Shown: piece by piece, positions 17,905-27,313 of the stretch
Position numbering within the stretch: the stretch's first letter is position 1
Layout: every line of letters begins with the position of its first letter
Source of the DNA: Gemmatimonadota bacterium
GTDB taxonomy: Bacteria; Gemmatimonadota; Gemmatimonadetes; Gemmatimonadales; Gemmatimonadaceae
Reading direction: 5' to 3'
DNA: 40,246 bases
Assembly: GCA_040389905.1 (NCBI GenBank)
Contig: JAZJZK010000055.1
Span: 1-40,246 of the forward strand
The notes under the pieces: generated by a model
Databases searched by the model: none
Told to the model about the DNA's origin: nothing
What the model saw: the letters and a program-made list of their open reading frames with translations, nothing else
Translations under genes and position numbers: made by a program

Positions 17905-18555
17905 ATGAAATGCTCACGCCACGCTCGACTCGCCATGCTCGCCATCGGGGCTGCCTCACTGCTCGTCGCCTGTTCCGATTCGGGGACTGCACCGGGTGTT
18001 GCCAACAGTTCCGGCACGCTCGTCGTGCAGTTGACCGATGCACCCTTCCTCACGGACTCCGTCAAGAGCGTCGATATCTTCGTCGTGCGCGTTGATGCCA
18101 GGCAGGCCGACGCGGATTCCTCTTCCGCCGATCATGCGTTGACGGATGACAGCTCGTCCACGAATGGTTGGAAGACGATTGCTTCACCCAACGCATCGAT
18201 CAACCTATTGTCACTCCAGAATGGTGTGGCGACCACGCTGGGACAGGCCGCGCTGGCGGTGGGCAGCTACAGCGGCTTTCGCCTGATCATCGATCCGACC
18301 AAGTCGAGCGTGATGCTCAAGGATGGAAAGGTCCTGTCGAACATGAGCAGCCCCAACGTCACATTCCCCAGCGCCAGCAAGTCGGGCATCAAGATCGTGC
18401 TCGGTCAACCCGTACCGATCACTGCGGGCAGCACGACCAACCTCCTCGTCGACTTCGATGTGAACAACAGCTTCGTGCTGCGCGGCAACTCGGTCCACAA
18501 CAACGGATTGCTCTTCAAGCCGGTGATCAAGGCGACAGTCACCAACGCGCACTGA
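17905..18555 (+). CDS. DUF4382 domain lipoprotein
   Basis: SD caggag; lipobox LVAC; VQLTDAP, INLLSLQNG, FPSASKSGIKI, LVDFDV, FKPVIKA. Confidence 0.85.
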   Translation: MKCSRHARLAMLAIGAASLLVACSDSGTAPGVANSSGTLVVQLTDAPFLTDSVKSVDIFVVRVDARQADADSSSADHALTDDSSSTNGWKTIASPNASINLLSLQNGVATTLGQAALAVGSYSGFRLIIDPTKSSVMLKDGKVLSNMSSPNVTFPSASKSGIKIVLGQPVPITAGSTTNLLVDFDVNNSFVLRGNSVHNNGLLFKPVIKATVTNAH

Positions 18556-18583
18556 CGGATGTCAAAACTGAACCGCAACCAAG

Positions 18584-18699
18584 TGAACGCGGATTGAGCG
18601 GATTGAAGCGGGTCGAATCTGATCAAGCGCCAAGGTGATGCAGTTCGAATCAGAGGTGATCCGCTTCAATCGGCTCAATCCGCGTTCAATGTGCCGGCG
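18584..18699. repeat. Palindromic repeat family B (AACGCGGATTGAGCGGATT) copy 1
   Basis: tgaacgcggattgagcggattgaagcgg ... ccgcttcaatcggctcaatccgcgttcaatgtgccggcg between convergent genes. Confidence 0.85.
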
Positions 18700-18711
18700 A
18701 CGAATTGCTCG

Positions 18712-19668
18712 TCAAACCGCTGATCCCTGCCACCACCGGAGCACACGAAGCGCCCGGAGTGTGTTCCACCGGCTCGGCGCACGGAGCCGCTCGAGTGCGA
18801 AATACGTCTTCCCTGAATACGCGTACTCGAGTGACCAGCGACCGTCGTCGAGACGTCGCGACTGAACGATGCCAATGGCCTCGCTCAGGCGAGCGTCGCG
18901 CGGCGCATCGACTGCCTGGAAGTAGTCGAGTGCCCGCAGAATGTCGTAGTGCCAGCGCGGAGGAAACACGAAGCGCGTAAAGTCGGTGGAGATAATGGCG
19001 CCGGTTCGGTGCGAGCGGAACAGTTGGTGCGCGAGCAGGAACTCACGTCCGCGGCGTTGCGCCTCGCGATAGCGTTGCGCACCCCGCGGACGCCGCACCT
19101 CGAAAGAGCGGAGTCCTTCGAGCACGCTGATCGTCGTGTGCATCGACGAATGGGTGGCGCCACGATCGCGACGACAGTTCCAGCCGCCGTCGGGCATCTG
19201 CACGTCGAGAAGGTGGTTCGCGACGGTATCGAGCCGATCGTCGTCCGATTCGAAATACGAAAGAATCGACAGCACCATGCCCGTGATGCACGTCTCGCTT
19301 CGGATGTGCGGGCCATAGCTGATCCCGAAGTCCGGCCGAAGACCATGGTCAAGCAGGAGCGCACAGGCTGTTCGAACTCGCACCTCGTCGGGTGGAAGGC
19401 CGAGGTCGCGGAGCAACAAGAGGGTGTACGTCGTAGACGTCCACTTTGGCGTATACAGCCCCGCGTCCCGCGACGGGCCGCCCGACCACCGTCCGTCATC
19501 GCCCTGCTTGGCAAGCAGCCGCGCTCCCCAACCCTCGGACGCGACCAACTTGCGATCCCGCGCGACCGTCCGCGCCGAAGCACCAACAAGGTCCCGCTGC
19601 GTTTGCCATCGAATGGCGGGGTCTCCGTCGAGGAGCCATTGGATGACGTCAGGCTTTTCGGACGTCAT
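18712..19668 (-). CDS. Hypothetical protein, prenyltransferase/squalene-cyclase-like alpha-alpha toroid
   Basis: WLLDGDPAIRWQ, QGDDGRW, ETCITGM, QMPDGGWNC, FPPRWHYDILRALD, SRWNTLRALRVL. Confidence 0.75.
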   Translation of the reverse strand: MTSEKPDVIQWLLDGDPAIRWQTQRDLVGASARTVARDRKLVASEGWGARLLAKQGDDGRWSGGPSRDAGLYTPKWTSTTYTLLLLRDLGLPPDEVRVRTACALLLDHGLRPDFGISYGPHIRSETCITGMVLSILSYFESDDDRLDTVANHLLDVQMPDGGWNCRRDRGATHSSMHTTISVLEGLRSFEVRRPRGAQRYREAQRRGREFLLAHQLFRSHRTGAIISTDFTRFVFPPRWHYDILRALDYFQAVDAPRDARLSEAIGIVQSRRLDDGRWSLEYAYSGKTYFALERLRAPSRWNTLRALRVLRWWQGSAV

Positions 19669-20483
19669 CGCCGGAACCGCTCCTCGAAGCGGCCACGGCG
19701 TGACCGGTTGAGCAACACGCGCGTGCCATCGTGGAGCAGGAGACGATGCTCACCGCGAAACGACGTCTTCATCTCCTTCACGCGCGAGAGATTCACGATT
19801 GCCGAGCGGTGCGTTCGGAAAAAGGTATCGGGATCGAGGCGCGCTTCCAGGGACGTCATCGATTCGCGCACGGTGTACGTCTTGCTCGCCGCGTGAATGC
19901 GCACACAATAGTCCGCCGCCTCGACCCAATCGATATCGGCGGCGCGGAGCAGCGTGAGGCGCCCGCCGCTCTTCACCACGAGTCGAGTCAGTGGTGCGTT
20001 GCCCGCGTCCGGACGATGTGCTGACTCTGCTGCGCGTCGCAAGACTTCGGGGTTCGTCGCCCGCAGCAGCTCCAGCAGACGCTGGTCACTGCGTCTCGCC
20101 ACTGACGACCGCAACGCGGTGCGCGCGCGCGCGATCGCTGCATGAAACCGCGCGTCATCGAATGGCTTCAGTACATAGTCCAGCGCGGCCACCTCGAACG
20201 CCTCGATGGCAAAGTGTTCGTGCGCGGTAATGAAGATTACGCAGGGCATCGACTCCGCGCCGATGACGCGCACCACGTCGAAGCCCGATAGCGCCGGCAT
20301 CTGCACATCGAGCAGCACGAGATCGGGACGCAGCGCCGTGATCGCGTCGATTGCCTCCGCACCATTCGCGCAGGTTGTAACGACGTCCACATCCGGATAC
20401 GTCGAGAGCAGTGCCACGATTCCTTCGCGGGCCGCCGCTTCGTCGTCGACGACGACCACGCGCACCACGTCGTCCGTGCTCAC
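19665..20483 (-). CDS. LytTR-family response regulator
   Basis: VVDDE, LDVQMP, FITA, DYVLKP, FFRTHRSAIVN. Confidence 0.95.
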   Translation of the reverse strand: MSTDDVVRVVVVDDEAAAREGIVALLSTYPDVDVVTTCANGAEAIDAITALRPDLVLLDVQMPALSGFDVVRVIGAESMPCVIFITAHEHFAIEAFEVAALDYVLKPFDDARFHAAIARARTALRSSVARRSDQRLLELLRATNPEVLRRAAESAHRPDAGNAPLTRLVVKSGGRLTLLRAADIDWVEAADYCVRIHAASKTYTVRESMTSLEARLDPDTFFRTHRSAIVNLSRVKEMKTSFRGEHRLLLHDGTRVLLNRSRRGRFEERFRR

Positions 20484-21610
20484 GCGAGTGCGCGATCGGC
20501 GGTTCCTGACACGAAGGGCAACACAATTCGGGCGACCGTACCACGGACCGTGTTCTCGAGCGTGAAGTCGAAGAGATCGCCGTGCAGAAGTTGCAACCGC
20601 TCCACCGTATTCCGAATGCCAAGTCCCGTGCCTTGCTCCGACGCTTCGCCGATCCCGGCTCCATTGTCGATCACCTCGAGGCAGAGGTAGTTCCCATTTC
20701 GCTCGGCATTGACCTCGATGCGACCGCCGCCGGCGTCCGCGAGGCCATGCCGGAGCGCGTTCTCGACGATTGGCTGGAGCACCAGCGTCGGCACACGCGC
20801 CCCGAGCGTCTCAGGTGCAACGTCGAAATCGACACGCAGCGCATCGCCGAAACGCGCCTGCTCGATCGAGAGATAGCGGTGCGTGAATGCGAGCTCCTCT
20901 TCCAACGTGATCTCCGCGGCACCTCCATCGCGCAACAGTTGTCGCAGCAGATCGCTGAGTCCCGCCACCACGCTCACTGCGGCTGATCCATCGCCGCGGC
21001 GCGCAAACATTGCCACGGTGTTCAGTGCGTTGAAGAGGAAGTGCGGGTGCAGCTGCATGCGGAGGGCGGCGAGTCGTGCCGTCGCGAGTTGGCCGGCCAT
21101 CCGCGACGTCTGCAGTTCACGCTCGTGCGCCAATCGCGCCGCCTCGGCGGCCTGCCGAGTCAAGTCACTCATGATCGCGAGCGCAACGAGCGATCCATAC
21201 GCCAGCACGTTCTTCGGTAAGCGCCATCGTGAGAGTGCAATGGCACCCTTCCAGATCGGAATCTGCAAATCGGTCAGGCCAAATCCGCGCTGCCAGGCAT
21301 AGAGCGCTGCCGAGTGCACCAGCATCAGCGCGATCGCGGCAAGAATCTGCACGAGCAGCGATGGTTGGCGGCGTGCGCGCGGCCGAGTGATTTCGAAGAT
21401 GGCCGGTGCAGCCGCAGCCCAGAACAGCCACTCCGGAAGAACCAGGAGGAACATTCGCCACGCGGGGTCGGTGCGGCCGGCGCGGTGGATCTCGATGACC
21501 GCCTGAATGGACAGCAGCGTCCCGATCAGCAGCGCGATGACGGCGACAATGCTCAACAACGCGCGCCGATCGGTGAACACAGAGGAGGGCGACTCGGCAT
21601 AGCTCGACAT
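20480..21610 (-). CDS. LytS/YehU-type sensor histidine kinase
   Basis: Four TM segments; QLHPHFLFNALN, LQPIVENALRHG, DNGAG, GLGIRN. Confidence 0.95.
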   Translation of the reverse strand: MSSYAESPSSVFTDRRALLSIVAVIALLIGTLLSIQAVIEIHRAGRTDPAWRMFLLVLPEWLFWAAAAPAIFEITRPRARRQPSLLVQILAAIALMLVHSAALYAWQRGFGLTDLQIPIWKGAIALSRWRLPKNVLAYGSLVALAIMSDLTRQAAEAARLAHERELQTSRMAGQLATARLAALRMQLHPHFLFNALNTVAMFARRGDGSAAVSVVAGLSDLLRQLLRDGGAAEITLEEELAFTHRYLSIEQARFGDALRVDFDVAPETLGARVPTLVLQPIVENALRHGLADAGGGRIEVNAERNGNYLCLEVIDNGAGIGEASEQGTGLGIRNTVERLQLLHGDLFDFTLENTVRGTVARIVLPFVSGTADRALA

Positions 21611-21705
21611 CTCTCAAGATACCGACAGCAGTTGCGCGCGCGCCAAGCTGCCTGGCGTCGTTGCTGCAAAGTCGGCGGGAGTCCCTGCAACAGCGTGGCG
21701 AAACA

Positions 21706-21866
21706 TGAGCGTGAGCGTGAGCCTCCAGCATTGAGCTGACAAGAGCTCAAAGCTCGAGGTCGAGCGTGAGCGCGAGCTCAGGCTCTGAATTGCTCATTGC
21801 TGGAGGCTTCACGCTCACGCTCAGGCTCCCGCTGCTGGCTCACGTTCGAGCTCGTGCTCGTGCTGA
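21706..21866. repeat. GAGCnn hexamer palindromic repeat, family C
   Basis: Inverted arms tgagcgtgagcgtgagcctccagca.tgagc (21706-21736) and gctcattgctggaggcttcacgctcacgctca (21792-21823), plus hexamer runs. Confidence 0.8.
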
Positions 21867-21892
21867 GAAGGTTCATCCAACGAGGTTGTCCA

Positions 21893-22792
21893 ATGAAGGT
21901 CGTGCTACTCGCTCTCGCCTCCACACTCGCCGGTGTCACCCTGTCCAGTGCGCAAGGTGCCCCTCCACCGAAGACCTATCTGGGCGGTAGTCCACGCGTC
22001 TCCCCTGACGGAGCGCACATTCTCTTTGGATCGAATCGCTCAGGAACGGGGCAGATCTATGTCATGAAGGCCGACGGTTCGGACCTCCGACAACTCACGC
22101 ACGTTGCGACCGGCGCGCACGGCGGGCAATGGTCTCCCGACGGGCGGCGCATCGTATTCGAAACGAGTGACTCGAGTGGCATGGTTGGGCGCATCCTGAT
22201 CATGAACGCGGATGGGACATCACCGCGCGTGGTCGACGAGGCACGAGGGAACCAGGCGCCCAGTTGGTCGCATGACGGGTCGAAGATCCTCTTCGCGTCG
22301 GGAACGTTTCCCAACATCAACATCTACACGATGAATCTCTATGGAACCGATCGGAGGAACATCTCCCCGAATCCTGGCTTCGACTACGATCCGGTCTGGT
22401 CACCCGACGGGAAGCAGATCGCGTTCGTGGTTGGAACGCGTGGGGAAGGTGTTCGCGTCAACGTGATGAACGCCGACGGTACTGGACGCCGACGCGTTTC
22501 AGCCGATGCCGTCAACGAGGAACGTCCAACCTGGTCACGGGACGGAAAGCTGCTCGCATATCAGGCTTCAACACGCGGGCAAACCCCAACTCGCGCATAC
22601 GTCTACGTCGCAGACTTGAGCACTGGCACGACGAGGAGAGTAACGAACCCGGAGGGGGCGCAGCTCGACGAAACGCCGAGCTGGTTTCCCGACGGCAAGC
22701 GGCTCGCGATTCAGAGCGACCGGGACGGGACGTGGTCGGTGTACGTAATTGATCTCAATGGAACGACGCTCGCTCGGCTAACCATGCCGTAG
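21893..22792 (+). CDS. Exported TolB-like (PD40 repeat) beta-propeller protein
   Basis: SD gagg, ATG 21893, signal peptide; six P.WSPDG-type repeats. Confidence 0.88.
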   Translation: MKVVLLALASTLAGVTLSSAQGAPPPKTYLGGSPRVSPDGAHILFGSNRSGTGQIYVMKADGSDLRQLTHVATGAHGGQWSPDGRRIVFETSDSSGMVGRILIMNADGTSPRVVDEARGNQAPSWSHDGSKILFASGTFPNINIYTMNLYGTDRRNISPNPGFDYDPVWSPDGKQIAFVVGTRGEGVRVNVMNADGTGRRRVSADAVNEERPTWSRDGKLLAYQASTRGQTPTRAYVYVADLSTGTTRRVTNPEGAQLDETPSWFPDGKRLAIQSDRDGTWSVYVIDLNGTTLARLTMP

Positions 22793-22814
22793 CGCTACAC
22801 GTTGATCAGGCTTG

Positions 22815-22902
22815 TTCCGTTGCATCCGATGAATCCGCTCCTAGAAAAGGCGCTACAATTTGAGGAACGGATTGAACGGATGCGGCGAGAACTACACGGA
22901 TT
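22815..22902. repeat. Degenerate family B palindrome between convergent genes
   Basis: gcatccgatgaatccgctcct ... aggaacggattgaacggatgc. Confidence 0.55.
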
Positions 22903-22917
22903 GCCACGCTAACTTGA

Positions 22918-25365
22918 CTAACTCAACTCACGCGTGAGCGGCACATTCGCGAGTGACTCGTGCGGAGGCTCGAGTCGGACGTCAGGCTCGACGTCACCCA
23001 TTACTGCCGGCAATAGCGCCAATCGCAACACTTCATCCATCGTCGCAACGAAGGTGAATGCGATCTGCTTCTTCACCTCGTCCGGCACATCGCGCAACTC
23101 CTTCTGGTTGGACGCCGGCATGATGAGTTGCCGTAGCCCAGCCCGATAAGCCGCGAGCACCTTCTCCTTCACGCCGCCGATCTCCAGGACTTTCCCGCGG
23201 AGCGTGACTTCTCCCGTCATGGCCACATCGCGACGAACCGGTCGCTGGGAGAGCGCGCTCGCAATCGCCAGCGTGAGCGAGATGCCGGCGCTGGGTCCAT
23301 CCTTGGGAATCGCGCCCGCCGGGAGATGCACGTGCACGTCGAAGTCCTTGAACACGTCCTCCGCAATGCCGATCGCCGCCGCGCGTGACCGAACATACGA
23401 ATACGCGGCGTCCACGCTCTCGCGCATCACGTCGCCGAGCTGGCCGGTAACCGTCAGGCGGCCATTGCCGGGCATGCGCAGCGCCTCGATCACCATCAGG
23501 TCTCCGCCCGATGCCGTCCATGCCAGCCCAGTCACCACGCCGATCTCCGGCACCATCTCGGCCGCCTCGACGGCGTAGCGCGGTATGCCGAGGATTTCCT
23601 CGACCTTCTCGACGTCGACGACCCACGCGCCTTCCTCACCATCGGCCTTCTTGCGCGCCCGCTTCCGCATGATCGCGGCGATGTTGCGCTCGAAGTTGCG
23701 CAGCCCCGCCTCACGCGAATAGCGGTTGGAGATGAACGAGAGTGACTCGTCGGTGAACTGGATGTCCTTGTCGCTGATGCCATGATCCTCGAGGAGACGC
23801 GGCAACATGTAGCGCCACGCGATCTCCACTTTTTCCTCGACCGTGTAGCCGGCGATGCGAATGATCTCCATTCGATCGCGAAGCGGTGCGGGGATGTCGA
23901 ACAGGTTGTTCGCGGTGCAGATGAACAGTGCGCCGCTCAGGTCGAACGGCAGGTTGAGATAGTGGTCGACGAACTCGTCGTTCTGGCTCGGATCGAGCAC
24001 CTCGAGCATCGCCGCCGTTGGGTCACCGCTCGGCCCACCGCCGGACATCTTGTCGATCTCGTCGATCATGAGGACCGGATCGCGCACCTGCACGCGGCGC
24101 AGCGCCTGAATGAGCAAGCCCGGCATGGAGCCGACGTAAGTTCGCCGGTGCCCACGTATTTCCGCTTCGTCACGAACGCCGCCGACGGAAATGCGATAGA
24201 ACGCACGACCGATGGCGCTCGCGATGGCTTCGCCGAGTGATGTCTTGCCGGTGCCCGGCGGACCGACGAAACAGAGGATTGGCCCATGCGGGTCGCCGCC
24301 GCGCAGCTTCCGCACGGCGAGGAACTCGATGATTCGCTCCTTCGCTTCGCTGAGACCGTAGTGCCCACCGTCGAGCGCTTCCTCGACCTTCTTGAGCGCG
24401 ATCTCATCGTCACCGCTGCGCTTGTTCCATGGCAGCGACAGAATCCAGTCGAGGTACGTCCGGATCACCTGGTATTCGCTCGACGCATTGCTCAGCTGAC
24501 GCAGCCGCTCCGTCTCACGACGCGCCTCTTGCCCGACACGTTCCGGCAGCTTCGCCTCGTCGATTTTCTTGAGCAGCTCGACGGCTTCCTTCTCGCCGGG
24601 ATCGGTTTCGCCCAACTCCGCCTGAATGGCACGCAGTTGCTGACGCAGATAGAACTCACGCTGGTGCTGCTCGATCTTGATCTCCGTCTGACGCTTGACG
24701 TCCTCCATGACGCGCGCGCGTGCGACCTCGCGCTCGAGCCGGTTGAGGATGAAGCGCAACCGCTGCCCGACATCGAGGCGCTGGAGGACCTCGTCCTTGT
24801 CGGTGATGCGGAAGTTCATGTTCGTCGCGGCCAGGTCGGCGAAGCGGCCCGGATCGGACACATTCATCTTCAGGATCGCCGGCACTTCATCGGGAATGCG
24901 ATCCACGAGCTCGGCGAGCGTTTCCGCGGCTGAGATCACTCGCGTGACGAGGTCGTCGAGCTCCGTCGGTTCCGCCGGGGTTTCTCTCGCCCCGCGAATA
25001 GCCGCGACCGGATAGGGCTCTTCCTGCGTGATCCCCTCGACCACGATGCGCCGCAGCCCCTGCAGCGTGATCTGGACCGTGTCGCCGGGCAGGTTGATCC
25101 GCTCATGGACTCGTGCCGCAACGCCAACGCGCCCGATGAAGCGCTGCGAGTCGATGGGATCATCGTGATCCCCACCCGCGACGACGAGTGCGACGATGAG
25201 CCCTGGTTCGTCGTACGCCCGCAGGAGCGACAGGTTTTCCGGCGCGCCCATCTGGACGGCGATCGTTCCCAACGGATAGACGATCGTGGAGCGCAGCGCC
25301 ATGAGTGGCAGCGCGGGCGGCAGCTCGGACTTGAGGATTTCCTCTTTGCGCTGAGGCTTTGCCAT
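22918..25365 (-). CDS. lon: ATP-dependent protease La (LonA)
   Basis: GPPGTGKTS, DEAEIRGHRRTYVG, IDEIDK, PKDGPSAG, GGVKEK. Confidence 0.97.
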   Translation of the reverse strand: MAKPQRKEEILKSELPPALPLMALRSTIVYPLGTIAVQMGAPENLSLLRAYDEPGLIVALVVAGGDHDDPIDSQRFIGRVGVAARVHERINLPGDTVQITLQGLRRIVVEGITQEEPYPVAAIRGARETPAEPTELDDLVTRVISAAETLAELVDRIPDEVPAILKMNVSDPGRFADLAATNMNFRITDKDEVLQRLDVGQRLRFILNRLEREVARARVMEDVKRQTEIKIEQHQREFYLRQQLRAIQAELGETDPGEKEAVELLKKIDEAKLPERVGQEARRETERLRQLSNASSEYQVIRTYLDWILSLPWNKRSGDDEIALKKVEEALDGGHYGLSEAKERIIEFLAVRKLRGGDPHGPILCFVGPPGTGKTSLGEAIASAIGRAFYRISVGGVRDEAEIRGHRRTYVGSMPGLLIQALRRVQVRDPVLMIDEIDKMSGGGPSGDPTAAMLEVLDPSQNDEFVDHYLNLPFDLSGALFICTANNLFDIPAPLRDRMEIIRIAGYTVEEKVEIAWRYMLPRLLEDHGISDKDIQFTDESLSFISNRYSREAGLRNFERNIAAIMRKRARKKADGEEGAWVVDVEKVEEILGIPRYAVEAAEMVPEIGVVTGLAWTASGGDLMVIEALRMPGNGRLTVTGQLGDVMRESVDAAYSYVRSRAAAIGIAEDVFKDFDVHVHLPAGAIPKDGPSAGISLTLAIASALSQRPVRRDVAMTGEVTLRGKVLEIGGVKEKVLAAYRAGLRQLIMPASNQKELRDVPDEVKKQIAFTFVATMDEVLRLALLPAVMGDVEPDVRLEPPHESLANVPLTRELS

Positions 25366-25470
25366 TGGCCTAAAATACGCACGCGCCGCGCTGCGCGCGA
25401 ACGCCGTCGAGCGAGCGCGAGCGGGCGAGTGCCGCTGTACCCTCTCTCGCTAACCAGCTAGCTTCAAAAA

Positions 25471-26826
25471 ATGTTTGACCAACTATCAGAGAATCTAGAA
25501 AAAGCCTTCGCAAAGCTGCGGGGCCGCGGAACACTCAGCGAAGCCGACATCAAGGAAGGCCTCCGCGAAGTCCGGCGCGTCCTCCTCGAGGCAGACGTCA
25601 ATTTCGCCCTGACGCGCGAATTCCTCGAACGGGTCGAGAAGAAAGCAGTCGGGGTGTCGCAGCTACGCACGGTTTCGCCGGCGCAACAGCTCATCAAGAT
25701 CGTCTATGACGAGCTCACCGCGATGCTCGGCGAGCGTCGGGAAGGGCTCAAGCTCAGCTCGGTTCCGCCCACCGTCGTCATGATGGTTGGCCTGCAAGGC
25801 TCCGGAAAGACGACCTCGGCCGCGAAACTGGCGCGTAAGCTCAAGGCCGAGGGCAGGCAGGTGCGCCTCATCGCCTGCGACGTCTATCGTCCCGCCGCGA
25901 TCGACCAACTCGAGACACTGGGCCAACAGCTCGACATCCCCGTGTACGCCGAGCGCGGGGAGTCCGACGTCGTCAAGATCGCGCGTAACGGCATCGATCA
26001 GGCGCGCCGAGCGCGCGATCGCGTCGTGCTCGTGGATACCGCGGGGCGTCTGCAGATCGACGAGAACATGATGGGCGAACTCGAACGCCTGAAGGCGGCG
26101 ATCAAGCCCGATGAGATTCTGTTCGTGGCCGACGGAATGACGGGGCAGGAAGCCGTCAAGATTGCGCAAGGCTTCGACGCCAAGCTCAATATCACCGGCG
26201 TCATTCTCACCAAGATGGATGGCGACGCGCGTGGCGGTGCCGCGCTCTCGATCTACGGCGTACTCAAGAAGCCGATCAAGTACATCGGCGTCGGTGAGAA
26301 GTCCGATGCGCTCGAGGACTTCCATCCCGACCGCATGGCGGGACGCATCCTGCAGCAGGGTGACATCGTCTCACTGGTCGAGAAGGCGCAGGGCGCGTTC
26401 GACGCGGACGAAGCGAAGAAGATGGAGCGCAAGGTCCGCAAGGAAGGCATGGACCTCGAGGACTTCCTCAGCGCCATGAAGCAGATCGAGAAGCTGGGGC
26501 CGCTGGAAGGGCTGCTCAAGATGATGCCGGGTGTCAACACGAAGATGCTCAAGCAGGTCAAGGATGCTGACCCGAAGCGCATGCGGCATCTCGAGGCCAT
26601 CGTCCTCTCCATGACCAAGGCGGAGCGGAAGAAGCCTGAAATCCTGAACGGAGCGCGACGCGCCCGGGTCGCGAAGGGCAGTGGGCGCCCCATCAGTGAG
26701 GTCAATCGCCTGCTGGAGCAGTTCCGCGAGATGCAGAAGATGATGAAGAAGGTCGCCGGCGGCGGTGGGGGAGGGGGCGGCGGAAAAATGCGGATGCCCC
26801 CGGGTATGTTTGGGGGGCTGAGGTAG
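25471..26826 (+). CDS. ffh: Signal recognition particle protein
   Basis: [24 protein letters not shown], Met-rich M domain. Confidence 0.98.
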   Translation: MFDQLSENLEKAFAKLRGRGTLSEADIKEGLREVRRVLLEADVNFALTREFLERVEKKAVGVSQLRTVSPAQQLIKIVYDELTAMLGERREGLKLSSVPPTVVMMVGLQGSGKTTSAAKLARKLKAEGRQVRLIACDVYRPAAIDQLETLGQQLDIPVYAERGESDVVKIARNGIDQARRARDRVVLVDTAGRLQIDENMMGELERLKAAIKPDEILFVADGMTGQEAVKIAQGFDAKLNITGVILTKMDGDARGGAALSIYGVLKKPIKYIGVGEKSDALEDFHPDRMAGRILQQGDIVSLVEKAQGAFDADEAKKMERKVRKEGMDLEDFLSAMKQIEKLGPLEGLLKMMPGVNTKMLKQVKDADPKRMRHLEAIVLSMTKAERKKPEILNGARRARVAKGSGRPISEVNRLLEQFREMQKMMKKVAGGGGGGGGGKMRMPPGMFGGLR

Positions 26827-26841
26827 CTATATTCAAGGGCT

Positions 26842-26900
26842 CAGGTGTCAGGAGACAGGAACTGCCTCATGGCCTGTCCCCTGATACCTGTCACCTGTCC
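26842..26900. repeat. Heptamer (CCTGNNN) repeat hairpin
   Basis: caggtgtcaggagacagg pairs with cctgtcccctgatacctg; tandem cctgtcc-cctgata-cctgtca-cctgtcc. Confidence 0.7.
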
Positions 26901-26981
26901 CCTTGCTGTTCAATGGGTGCGTTCCGGACCTGCCGGAATCGCGATGAGCCCAGCCAGTACACTTCACGAGGATTCACCAGA

Positions 26982-27302
26982 ATGGCCGTAAAGATTCGCC
27001 TTCGCCGGGTAGGCCGGAAAAAGGCCCCCATGTATCGTATCGTCGTCGCCGACTCCAAGAGCCCGCGCGACGGCAAGTTCATCGAGATCGTCGGCCAGTA
27101 TCAGCCCCGCACGGGCGATAAGGCGCTCAACCTCGATTCCGACCGCGTGAACTACTGGCTGAACGTCGGCGCGCAGCCGACGGACACGGTCCGCTCGTTG
27201 CTCCGCAAGGCCGGCGTGCTCAAGCAGCGTCACGAAACGCGCCTCGCCGCCAAGCTGCAGTCAGCCGCTGTACCGCTCGGCGAGAAGACGGAAGACGCAT
27301 AA
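26982..27302 (+). CDS. rpsP: 30S ribosomal protein S16
   Basis: [35 protein letters not shown]. Confidence 0.98.
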   Translation: MAVKIRLRRVGRKKAPMYRIVVADSKSPRDGKFIEIVGQYQPRTGDKALNLDSDRVNYWLNVGAQPTDTVRSLLRKAGVLKQRHETRLAAKLQSAAVPLGEKTEDA

Positions 27303-27313
27303 CGGACCCCACG

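Noticed and set aside
17709..18065. Long N-terminal extension of the ECF sigma ORF
   Set aside because: Overlaps the divergent DUF4382 gene and the regulatory region; sigma homology starts near 17700
26755..26785. G-rich run at the ffh 3' end as a phase-variable tract
   Set aside because: Encodes a poly-Gly linker with mixed codons; reading frame intact
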